Positions 10,493-20,462 of a stretch of 20,462 nucleotides of DNA are shown one piece after another. The position numbers and the translations under genes were made by a program. The stretch is taken from the NCBI GenBank assembly GCA_051942245.1, contig JAVECL010000038.1, positions 62,001-82,462 on the forward strand, written 5' to 3'. Each line of letters opens with the position of its first letter. Position 1 is the stretch's first letter. The notes beneath the pieces were generated by a model. The model had not been told where the DNA came from, did not search any database, and saw only the letters and a program-made list of their open reading frames with translations. Source of the DNA: Trypethelium eluteriae. Taxonomy: Eukaryota.

Positions 10493-11731
10493 TTAGTCTG
10501 GAAGCGGAACAGGTATCTGCCGGGGTGAATGTCCCCATACGTTCGGCGTCGTTGCCTGTACATCACCAAGATACATTTCATCTATCAACTCCCAGATCCT
10601 GCGGCGGTTTTTCAGGCCCGGTGGAACATCTGACAACGGTTGGTCGTCCCCAAATGCATTAGGTTGAGCTAGTTGGCGCACAAGAAGCTCCCAGTCCCAA
10701 TCTCGTCCTTGCTCCATCTCCGATATTGGCGGCTCCGAAGGATTAGCCATTGCCGATTGGTTTTCTTCAATAGCGAAGATGTCAAGGTCCCAAAGGAATG
10801 GTATCAGTTGGCCTGTGAACAATCGAGTCCGCCAGAATGAGGGAGGGAGGACACGATTGCACTGGAGGGAGGCTTCTGTGAGTGGGCACACGAAGGACAA
10901 AATGTGGTCGAATATCTCCATAGGCAGCCCTTGTAGGTGTATTTGTAGATTCTCTACCTCGATTGGTGGGACATGAGAGGCAGATTCCTTGGGAAGAAGC
11001 GGCTCCAGATGTCTGAAAACTGCCACGTTGAGATCTGGAATATCCAAGGGGTCTGCATCAACAAACTGACGTGCGAATATTCTATCAGCAACACACAAAA
11101 TAGCGTGTAGTCGGACCAGTTTTCAATTAGGCGATAGCCCAAAAAAGCGTTGATAGGGAAGGAGGAAGGTAAACTACTGACCGGAATATCAAACTCCCAT
11201 TTCATCTCTGTAAACCTTGGCATATAGTAATTATGCGGAGCAAGCAAACGGTAAATGGGACCCCCATCAGATTGTCCATCTTCAATAGTGGCTTCAAAGC
11301 GGTGAGTGAGGCACTGCCATATATGTCTCATTGTCCATATCTGGCCGGGACTTCGTAGCAATCCGTTGCAAGGGCCATGCTTTGCCAAGTTACGCTTGAC
11401 TATACTGCAACATGACTTGTGAGAGGCTAGATAGAATACCCGCAAGAGCCTTCCGTAAGGGTGCGTGGAGTTGGCCACTATCAGATCTTCAGTGCTAGTG
11501 AGGCTCAAGATAGGGCCATAACCAGCAGTTGCGTCAGATTCGCAAATCGCTTTAGGTTGGTCTGGAGCTTCGCTCAGCAGAGTAGCGTGTTTGAACCATG
11601 AGGGGACATCGGGAGTGGACTGCTACGCTTTTAGCATAGTGCAAAACAGTATTCTTGATCGTAGGACTGGCCTCGTCTTCCATTAGAGGAGCACCACAGA
11701 TGGCGCAGTAAAGGGTGAATTCGTCGGACAT
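10493..11731 (-). CDS. F-box-like fungal protein with N-terminal CxxC (about 357 aa)
   Basis: Exons 11731..11672, 11622..11182, 11065..10493. Intron 2 is canonical (GTCAGT..GCTGAT..CAG, 116 nt); intron 1 is inferred GC-AG (49 nt). Motifs YCAICGAPL, ASHKSC, F-box-like LQGLPMEIFDHILSFV, IPFLWDL, DWELLVRQL, PPGLKNRRRIW. Confidence 0.7.
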
Positions 11732-12852
11732 AGTTATGGGCTAATTGTATATCTGGGCAAGAGTGTATGACAGTATGTGGTATAAGAAAGGACTGGCAAG
11801 ATGCTACGTCGTACGAGAATGATTTAATAGGAGTGACTTGGATCGACCAAAATTCCATGTATGCTCATGTGTCTTCAGTTGTGAGAGAACAGGTCAGATT
11901 TGCACAGCCTCTTGCTCTATCCGCTCAAAGGCCCAGCTTGGTCGACACCAAAGACCTGTCACGACTTTTCTCTTCCAGAGCGTAGACACAGCCTACGTGA
12001 CTCTATGCTAGGGTCTTCGTTCTCACAAACCAGTCAGATTACGGCAGATTACGCGCCTCATACGTCACAAGGTCTACAAAGTACCCAAAAGGCTGGTACG
12101 GCACGGGTAGCAAAAGTGGCACAGTGGGTATGTGCTCCAATTCTTTTCGGACAACGGTTAGAGGTAATCCGTTGCGCCCTCGAAGGGAAAGGTTCCTCTT
12201 CGGGAGCTGCTCTAACTATCAAAGTGTAGGTACAACAGCAGGTCCTCAGATCCAACGTACCAAAACCTATTGGGCTCGCAAGCATTAGAAGTTTGCATCT
12301 GCAAAGGAGTGATAATTCTTTGTCTTGAAACAACTCGTTGACCGGGCATTCTGTCGTCACAATGCACTGAGTACGCGGTGATATATCTCAGCATTCATAC
12401 CACAAGACCGATACCAATGAGCACAAAATACTTCACATATTACACCGTATCCTTAGCAGTGTAGCGATAACACAATGGAACAACTAGCTCTTAGGATACA
12501 AAGAAAGAAGGAAGATAACCGAAAAGCTACAGGCTATACAGTATCGAGTCCTAGTCCTACTCCTTTTAAGCTGGGAGACCCCCAGTGAATAATCTCCTTC
12601 ACCTGGAATCAAATCTCGTTGTCTTCCACTGGGACCTTCGATCAATGTGAACGAAACACGTATGGGATACTTGGTGAAGTTGAGAAGTGAAGTGTAGTAT
12701 TATTGTCCAAGTCTAGGAGAGAGAGAAGGTGAAGATAACTGCATGCACTATCTAAATACGAATGGGGCAACGCCCACTCACGCAGAGTGCTCAGGTGTAG
12801 CTTCATCTAACCACAAGGTATTGACCAGGCCAAACAATACGTTCAACCACGT

Positions 12853-13856
12853 CTAGGTGTGTCCAGAACACACGTCGCCAGGGGAGCCTGCCTTTTCCAG
12901 CTTACTCGCAACGCACTTCTTCATCCCTACCCCGATGCGGAACGTCGCCGTGAAGTCCCAGCCGTCTTGCCCAGGTGATGTAAATTGCCATTTGGTGACG
13001 GCACCACATTCGCCGACTGCGCGCTTGAGTCCAGATCCGCGCCACCCAAGCCTACGCGAATCCCAAGCGCTCCCTGAGATGGTGAAAGCATCCCACGCTG
13101 CCTTGTAACTTGTATGGCAGTAATCTGCTGGGCTAGGAGCAGGAGGAAGCCTGTTGAAAGTAGGAGAAAACGTGACTGGCGTGTCATAAGTAGGTATTGG
13201 CTTGTGAAGAGTTAGGCTGAGGCCGGGAATGTGGCTGGAGCTGCCAAGGGAGCTGGAGCTAGAGCTAACACCAGAGCTAGAACTAGAACTGGAAATGGAA
13301 CTGGAGCTGGAGCCGGAGCTGGTGCTGGTGTTGGTGCTGGAACTGTTCATCCGCAGTAAAGAGTCGATACTTCTGATATCTGAGAGAATGCCGTTGAGAG
13401 CAGGAGTAGTAATTGTAGAGTCCCGAGAAGTGCTGGAGCAGTGTGTGTACCATTTTTGGTCATGGAATGTTCTAGGCTATTTCCAGTGCTGTTCAGTCTT
13501 GGAGGAGCTGTCAGGTTCACATGGCCAGAACTGGTTCCAGTGCTATTCAATCTCGCAGGGGCCGTTGGTCTTGTGTGGTTAGGATGGAGCCCAGTGCCAT
13601 TAAATATCGGTTTAGCTGTGGGTATTGTGTGGGTAGAGCCGCCCGAAATTCCACTGTTTCTGGAAGTTCGATTCTTCTGTGTATGCTGGGCGTGGGAGGT
13701 CGTGCCATTGGCAGTCATATTGCTAGGATGGGAGCTGTTTTCAGCAGACAGTCTGCCTCCATGATGAATGATGCTGGTAGAATGTTCGTTCATAGGAGAC
13801 GGACTAGCAGCCTGGAAGCCCAATAAGGAGACCAAAAGTAATAGAACGACGATCAT
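12853..13856 (-). CDS. Secreted Ser/Thr/Asn-rich protein with C-terminal about 88-aa 4-Cys domain; split across two frames (weak intron or frameshift)
   Basis: ATG 13856 begins signal-peptide-like MIVVLLLLVSLLGFQAASP, followed by about 10 N-x-S/T sequons. ORF 12853..13350 gives poly-Ser plus CHTSYK...GSGLKRAVGECGAVTKWQF...CV...C. Tentative intron 13450..13380 (GTACAC..CAG, 71 nt, phase 1) joins them into 310 aa. Confidence 0.6.
13234..13344 (-). repeat. Degenerate hexamer repeat (AGY-TCY)n encoding poly-Ser
   Basis: Plus strand ctggag/ctagaa/ctggaa units; reads SSSSSS on minus and ELELEL in the antisense ORF. Confidence 0.85.
13482..13565 (-). repeat. Two-copy coding repeat TAPARLNSTG / TAPPRLNSTG (54-nt period)
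   Basis: Copies at 13565..13536 and 13511..13482, each carrying an NST sequon. Confidence 0.8.
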
Positions 13857-15725
13857 GTCGAAATCTAATGGATTGGGAATAGGGTATAGAAACAAATCCG
13901 AGTAATATACGAACAAACCGTTCAAATATACATACGGGTCGCACTTGGGATTGACTCAACAGAACCTGTTCGGTAAATTGAGAAATTACCATAGACATTC
14001 TAATTTAAAAGGAAGAACGGTTTTCAAACAGTATACACACTGGTTAGGAATCCCCATACACGCGAGTGATATCAAAAGCGACTTACGAGATTGGGGAGCC
14101 CCTCAGCAAGTAAGAGCGGTTGCACTAATTACCTCTTCTGAGAAGATAATTTATTATAGCATGATAGATGGGTCAACTTGTGTGTACCGTACTTCTTGTC
14201 ACCCGCTTGCCATGGTCTGGCTGTGTACTTGGTCTACGATTCGCCCAACCGAACATACCTTAATCTCGGCGCAGCAATACACATAGTCTTGTCACCAGGT
14301 CTCGACTCGACATAATCCGACGGCTCAGGAAGAAAGAAATGTTCTGGACCCACTAATCATTTTTGCCTATTTTGGTCGGCTGCTTGTCGTGGTATGTATG
14401 TCGCGTACCCGCTAATAATAGATAGCGTGAGCGCATAGATTACCTGTGTCGGAGTCAATTTGGGGACAAGAACCTCACCAGTCATGTCCCTCCGCCCCGT
14501 AGCCTCGTCGGTACGAGCAAGATCATTAGGTAGACTGGAGTCTCGAGACAAGTCGCCCGAATTCCAAAGCACAACCATGCCTGAAGGCGTCCCGGAAGTT
14601 CTGCAGCATGCTTGGATCCATTCCCTAGCCATTTGCGTATGTCAACCCCTGCTTTGGTGGCATCATACGTGCCATATACCAAAATCCCAACCTTTCCGCT
14701 TAGGATAGGATTGAAATCCACTGTCGCCGGGAAAGTCACGGTATCCTCGAGAAAGTTCGGAGTGATTGTTAGCCCCCTAGGACCTCCACGCGGCAGGTAC
14801 TCCATTATCCACGATCCCTCTGGGTCCCACCAGGCAGAATCGGTGCGTAGTGATACGTGGCGGGATTGCATAGATTTTTGCGGGCAGTTCGAAATGCTAT
14901 ATCTATTCCAGTGAAATGAAACCTGTAAGTAAACAAAATTAGCGACAGTGAAGAATCTACAGAGGCTCGGAAAGTGCAGGGGCGAATAGTGGCCAAAGAT
15001 GATGAATGGCATCGGCGTAGTTCATTCAGCCTATGCGCAAATGACCGGTACAAGAACAAAGGCAACGAGCCTGTTCGATGGATACCTACCTATGCAGAGA
15101 AATGAGTAAGCAACGGTCAGACGTGTTTGGATTCGCCAATAGTGACGCGAGTGCTGCAGCTCCCTTGCGGAGACAGTTCAGCTGCATAGAACAAAACCTA
15201 CGAAGCACCACCAGCCAAGTCTATCAATTCATCAACAACTTCCACGTACTCTATCTCGACGTCCTGTGCATGATGCCACCAGATCTGTGGACTTCCATGG
15301 TTCTCGCGCTGAGTTGGTGTGCGGTCCTCAAATCTCCACCCCGGGTCCCAGCGCGAACGTCGTTGAAAAGCTGGATTGATGGTGCATAGGGCCATGTTAT
15401 CGTAGAGCTCGCTTTCTTCCAGTTCTCCTCGAGTTCCGACCGATCAATACCAATCCGTCTTGGGCGAGCTGGGGAAAAGTACAGAGTACAGGTCCCTAGT
15501 ATTCCAGCGATGGGGTACCAGTAGAAAACGCTGTTGCTGCGCAATTATGATGACATATGTCTAAAAAATCTTTGCCCCTCCACTGATCGTCCATCCTACT
15601 CCAAAGACGCAGGTACTCTGTGTCATGTTCTAAATCTGCAAAATTTGGTATACCAGGCAACTTCCGATTTCTTTGAAAAGGCTTGGATTTACTTTCTCTT
15701 ATCGACCTGATTTGAAGTGTTCACG

Positions 15726-17041
15726 ATGTCGAATAAAGCAGCTTGGATTACAGAAGCAAAAGCGAACCCTCTAAAAGTCGACTCTGGGCCTGACCCCAAA
15801 CCTGGAGCTGGTGAAGTGGCTATAAAAAATGCCGCTGTTGCTATCAATCCTGTTGACTGGAAAATTCAGGTACGGCCCAGGGGCGTCATCAATGATTGCT
15901 TATGAGCGCTCGCATGAGACCCCTTCAAGCAAGATTTAGTATCTCGATCTTGAGACAGTGGGCTAATACGACAAATTATTTGATAGGATTACGGGATTTT
16001 CATTCAGCATTATCCCAACATTCTAGGATGCGATGTTGCGGGAGAAGTCCACGAAGTCGGTGAAGGCGTTACTCACCTAAAGAAAGGCGATCGTGTCCTG
16101 GGGTATGTCTAGCATCCTTGCTCTTTGTACAATGCCATTCATGCTCTAAATGCGCTCGAACCCTGCGCTTATTACTTGTTGAATGGCTGAACGACACTCA
16201 GACACGCCCTCAATCTCTTGACGGGCAAACCCGAGAACTCGGGCTTCCAACTCTACACAATCACTCCAGCTGCCGTTGCTGCGGTGATTCCTTCCTCAAT
16301 ATCCTTCCACCAAGCCTCTGTTCTGCCTCTTGCCATTTCCACTGCAGCTGTCGGTCTTTACAAGATCCTCAAACTTCCACTCCCACCAGCGAGCGCTTCC
16401 TCCGCCCCGAATGTAGGCTCCAACGGCGTTCTTGTCGTCTGGGGCGGCAGCGGCAGCGTCGGTTGTGTTACTACGCAGCTTGCTAAAGCCTCTGGTCTTG
16501 CGGTAGTAGCTACGGCGAGCAAGAAGAACTTCAAGTTCGTCGAGGAGATGGGAGCACAGAAGGTGGTGGATTACAACAGTGGTGATGTGGTTAAGGATGT
16601 TGTGGCTGCCGTGAAAGAGTTGGGAGGGAGCTTCAAGGGCGTGTACGAATGCATTGGAGGGGAGCCAACCAAGACATGCGTGCAGATCGCACATGTATTA
16701 GGCGGAGGACCGGTCGCTACTGCACTCCCAGGACAGGGTGTCGAAGGCACCGAAGATGGTGAGTGATGATTCTTTGCAATGGAACTTACTCCGATGCAGG
16801 TCTGTTGTCAAATCTTTATTGACACTGCGCCGTAGTCTTTGCGCCCTCGATTACTCAGGACACTGGCTTTGTCAAGGCTTTCTGGGGCGAGTTTGTCCCT
16901 GCTGCTCTGGCAGATGGTAGGTTGAAGGCCAAGCCTGATCCCATTGTTATCAAGGGAGGATTGGATGCCCTTCAGCAGGGCGTAGACAAGCAGAGGCAAG
17001 GAGTCAGTGCTGCTAAGGTCGTCGTTGACCTTCAATCGTGA
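15726..17041 (+). CDS. MDR-superfamily NAD(P)-dependent oxidoreductase, CipB/ToxD/trans-enoyl-reductase-like (340 aa)
   Basis: Exons 15726..15869, 15987..16102, 16202..16758, 16836..17041 with three GT-AG introns. Motifs AVAINPVDWKIQ, YPNILGCDVAGEV, GDRVLG, GFQLYT, ASVLPLAISTAAVGLY, Rossmann VVWGGSGSVG, KPDPIVIKGGLD, GVSAAKVVV. Confidence 0.92.
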
Positions 17042-17149
17042 AAGATTGTGAGGACGATGAATAAGAGTGAGGCTGACGTACCGTATTCTCTGAAATCTGA
17101 ATAGGGTAGCACGGCACGGTACTCCGTAGATATCCAAAAAGCTGTGTTG

Positions 17150-18405
17150 AAAGTTTCTTGCTTCGGCACACGGGATATGCGAACTCCGAACGCCCCCAAT
17201 ACTCACAAATTTTAATGCCGCCATGGCACACCGTATCAAGGATCTTATCACCTCCCACGTTCGTCCAAAACTATGATTACTTCACTCATTCAAAGATAGG
17301 TATATCTGTGGTAGAATCAAGTTTGAGTAGCCGCGTGCGCGAACAACTCTACGAAGTCGAGTCTAGTCCACAACTTTGGCTCCAAATGTTAACCACATTT
17401 CCTCTGCCCGCGGCAATTATCCTCCAGTGCCGAGTCTGAATCACCAACTCCGGCTCATCGGGCAACTCAGGCCAAAGATCTCAGTACTTCTGACACCACC
17501 CAGTCACAGGCATTGAATCGGGTTTCGAAGCGGACAATGGAGTGCAACTTTAGGGAACGGTACAGTAGCAGTGTGCTAAATCTATTCTGAGGTGCAAGCC
17601 TCGTGGACCGGAGAGTACGCATACTCTTTTCCCTTTCAAACGGCCATCCACAATAGTCGAAAGTCTTCCAAACTTTGATTGTTTTGCCATTGTAAGGAAG
17701 AATACCCAGTCCTTGTCAATACTCAAGAGCTCTTTTCCTTTTGTCGATTTTCTGGTGCCGAAGTCAAACATTTTTCCCGGAGCAAGCCGGGATACGGAAA
17801 CGCTCTAGAGAGCCGTGGTTACCATTGCTTAGCATTTTAACGAGCGGCACCAAGAGTTCTGTGCGCAAAAGCGTAATGGTTCGCTTGGAGAAGTACGCCC
17901 AGAAGGTTTTCAGTACTCCTTCATCCTCGAAATGGGCGAGAGTGGCTAGTCTGAAGTGAATAGATGGCCGTAGCTGTGCGGCGTGACGGAGCATTAGCAA
18001 ACCATACTTCCACTACGTTGCATCTTCTCTTCAAGCATCTTCTGGTCAGCATAGAAGTCTGGAGGTGAAGGCGGGGAGAGCATACTTCTCATCAAGATCC
18101 AATAGCTTGCTCTCTACAAAGTTCTTATTTCCTTCCTCTCTCATTAGCCCCACCACGGGGTATTTCCCCATGTAATCGCTAAGATGCCCACGGCGCGATC
18201 TTGCGGCCGACTTATTGAAGGAATCCCATCGCGTGGACCAGAACTTGAGAGCGCAAACTGTGGGATAGCTGAGATGATTATATGGTGGGACATTCGAAGG
18301 GAGGGCAGGACGTTTGAGCAAAAACACAATGGCAGTGGAAGCGACTGGCGCGACATTGGTAAGCGTAGAGGATGAGATGCTCAGGAGACTATCGAAGAAT
18401 GCCAA
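17150..18405 (-). pseudogene. Eroded cytochrome P450 (resembles CYP51-clan-like fungal P450s)
   Basis: Collinear fragments in different frames: N-terminal anchor plus YPTVCALKFWSTRWDSF..GKYPVVGL..EGNKNFVES (18405..18046); AYFSKRTITLLRTE (about 17900); ExxR-like FETRFNACDWVVSEVLR (EVLR 17490..17479); degenerate heme-motif FVSIGGVRSSHIPC (17209..17168). Starts at TTG, has multiple stops, and is too short for a full P450. Confidence 0.6.
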
Positions 18406-19063
18406 GTTTACCTAAAAGCGACAACGCCGCCAAATGCCGCGCAAAGGTAACTAAAAGGGTATTTTGTTGCTTTCCCCAAATCGTCTTTGTCTTGGTCCAA
18501 GAACCCAGTGTTGTAGACTCGGTATTGATCGTAGCTTTCAGTTTCGTAGGTAGGTGACAAGGATTTTACCGAAATCCGACGTCGTAGAGTAGTATTTGGA
18601 GACCCTGCGGAGGACCTCAACATGAATACTAAACCAAAAGCTGTGCTCGGCTATAGGGTAGGTCTGAAGGTCTGCGTATCCCTTTTAATGCTCTCATGGC
18701 ACCCGATCGGTAACCCAGGAGGTACAAAGCTATTAGCAAGATGTGTGTTTTGAGTAGCATTCTATCGAGAAACACTTCATGTGACTATGGCCCATGCGAG
18801 GTCTTCTCAGGAAGAGGAAAAACGTTAATCCAGGCTACGAGAAACACACACTTATGGCTCCTAGCAGGACAGGTGTTATAGCAGTGTTTGGGTCCAGGTG
18901 TTATGGAGGCGACCTTCGGTTGCCTACCATTCATAAACACAACTGTCCATTGACTACGTGAGAAGCCTTTCACTTCCATCACCAAGCCTCCTTGTTGTTT
19001 GAAATAATCTGCCATGACCTTATCCCGTACGTTTCAACGCTGTCAACACCGTTCAAGCTAAGA

Positions 19064-19545
19064 ATGGGCGAGATTAATGAGATCGAGTACCAGATTGAAA
19101 ACCTCGAAAGATCCATTCACAGATGGGAGATAGTGATTCGCAAGATTGAGCATCTTGAATCACTCAAGGTCTTCCTTATCGAACTCGTGGAAGCCAAGAA
19201 GGCCCAGGTTCAACGACGCCGCAAGCGCATCCAGGTACGCTTAGTGCCTTTCCAATACCCACCGGCTCTACCAGCTGGCTCGGCGAAGAAGAGAGATCGT
19301 GCCTTGAAGCAGTGGCTAATGCAATGTTACAGGAAATCCAGAGCGGCAACACAGAACCACGGAAGAAAGCCTTTGCAATCGCTCCTGCCATCCCTGTCAA
19401 GCTAGAACATATCCCAGCGACAGTCGCGATACCTCATGGAGATGATCAGATGGCTACGAAGGAATTAGTGGAAGTTGATGATCCAGGTGGTGAACAGAGG
19501 GACGAGGCCATTTCTTTCGAAGTGTTCAAGACTCCATCGAGGTGA
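19064..19545 (+). CDS. Hypothetical small coiled-coil orphan protein (about 127 aa)
   Basis: Exons 19064..19234 and 19333..19545; intron 19235..19332 has strong signals (CAG|GTACGC...GCTAAT...CAG, 98 nt, phase 0). Heptad pattern INEIEYQIENLERSI and basic RRRKR. The 3' end is uncertain (AG|GTGAGC at 19542 may be a further donor). Confidence 0.55.
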
Positions 19546-19711
19546 GCTGGAAAAAGTGAATCAGAAGTTGGGGACCCCTGTTGTTCGGAAAGCTAGGAAT
19601 TGAGAGCCACTCAGTTCTGTGAAGGAAAGCAAATCAACCAACGCCACTAAGCTATGCTGAAAAGCACCCCGACCAGAACATGCAGCTATACGTACAGCAC
19701 CCTTAATGTTA

Positions 19712-20462
19712 TTACGTCTTCCTTGATCCTATAGGCGGTAGACTTCTCTGCCTCTCCTTGTACTCTCTCACCATCACGGAACAGCTAACCTCCTGACACA
19801 GCCGTTTCTTCCTCACATCCGGCAACTTACTCGCAAATTCCAGCCCACTCGCCCTCTCTACCGCCCCAAGAGGTACCTCAAAGTCTTGTAGTGGTTTGCT
19901 ACTATCAATTGGTGCATTGGGCAGCACAAACGCTCCCACAGCGACATTCCCACCCGTCGCGCCGTCCTCCCCAAAGATTACCTTGTAAAAATGCGTCGGC
20001 ACCGCAATATTCGGCGGCTCCCCAATAACCTCGTAGCTGACCCGCCACTTCCCATCCTGCTCCTTCCGTGGCAGATACAGCGGCCCCGTCACAATCCGCA
20101 CGCTCGGATAATGCGTGGTCAAGCGCCTACAGAAGTCTTCGAAATGCGCCCAGTAGTCGCGATTGAAGCCGTCCCCGACCTGCGGGCACATATTGCTGAG
20201 CGCGAAGGTATCATCCATCGCCTCCTGACTCCACTTGGCGTCTGCAGCGGGGACCTGGTGGCCGCGGTCGTAGCCGCTGCGGAAGTAGTCCTTGAGCTTG
20301 CCCCGGAACTTCTCCGGGATCGACTCGTCCTCCGCAAAGTACGAGTGCTTCCGGTCGCCGACGTGCATCGCGAGCGAGGCCGGCGTGATGTGCTCCGCGA
20401 CCCAAGAGGGATTCCGTGTGCGGCGGTCGAAGGAGGAGGTTAGGGAGGCGGCGGGGCGGAGG
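19712..20462 (-). CDS. NUC1: Mitochondrial DNA/RNA non-specific nuclease Nuc1 / endonuclease G (5' end outside the window)
   Basis: Frame is open from the window edge (SSFDRRTRNPSWVAEHITP); catalytic DRGHQVPAAD, SNMCPQVGDGFNRDYW, TGPLYLP, VPTHFYKV, VERASGLEF; stop at 19712. Confidence 0.95.
   Translation of the reverse strand, partial: LRPAASLTSSFDRRTRNPSWVAEHITPASLAMHVGDRKHSYFAEDESIPEKFRGKLKDYFRSGYDRGHQVPAADAKWSQEAMDDTFALSNMCPQVGDGFNRDYWAHFEDFCRRLTTHYPSVRIVTGPLYLPRKEQDGKWRVSYEVIGEPPNIAVPTHFYKVIFGEDGATGGNVAVGAFVLPNAPIDSSKPLQDFEVPLGAVERASGLEFASKLPDVRKKRLCQEVSCSVMVREYKERQRSLPPIGSRKT

Noticed and set aside
11767..12394. Cluster of 60-110 aa ORFs on both strands
   Set aside because: No recognisable motifs, coding bias or consistent splice signals; several lack ATG starts.
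13229..13582. Plus-strand ORF with ELELELE repeat
   Set aside because: Antisense shadow of the poly-Ser hexamer repeat on the minus strand.
18408..19015. Short minus-strand ORFs upstream of the P450 remnant
   Set aside because: No family resemblance and no supportable splice join to the P450 fragments.
19991..20443. 150-aa plus-strand ORF and other overlapping ORFs
   Set aside because: Antisense or alternative-frame shadows of GC-rich NUC1.
1..20462. Transposons, RIP-mutated AT-rich tracts, tRNA/rRNA, CRISPR arrays
   Set aside because: No terminal repeats, transposase/RT motifs, long AT-rich blocks, cloverleaf or repeat-spacer pattern seen by eye; a covariance-model scan was not possible.

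Overview
Eukaryotic, intron-containing DNA from a filamentous ascomycete (Pezizomycotina-type genes; short introns with CTRAY branch sites). I assembled about 10 protein-coding loci by hand-splicing the ORF track: mitochondrial ribosomal protein mL46/MRPL17 (-); a fungal NLR-like STAND protein with HeLo-like/SesA N-terminus, NACHT and 3 ankyrin repeats (+); a two-exon orphan with a conserved tandem peptide repeat (+); PEX26 (-); a PARN/CAF1-family deadenylase (+); an F-box-like protein (-); a secreted Ser/Thr-rich protein with a C-terminal 4-Cys domain (-); a CipB/ToxD-like MDR oxidoreductase (+); a second coiled-coil orphan (+); and the 3' part of Nuc1/endonuclease G (-). An eroded cytochrome P450 pseudogene (-) is also present. 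Most notable: (i) up to 3 of about 15 inferred introns need GC-AG splicing; (ii) an NLR and an orphan gene sit between housekeeping genes, and the orphan repeat differs at every synonymous codon; (iii) a secreted gene's C-terminus depends on a weak intron or a frameshift. Family calls come from motif recognition only; no database search was run. No RNA genes, transposons or CRISPR arrays were recognised.
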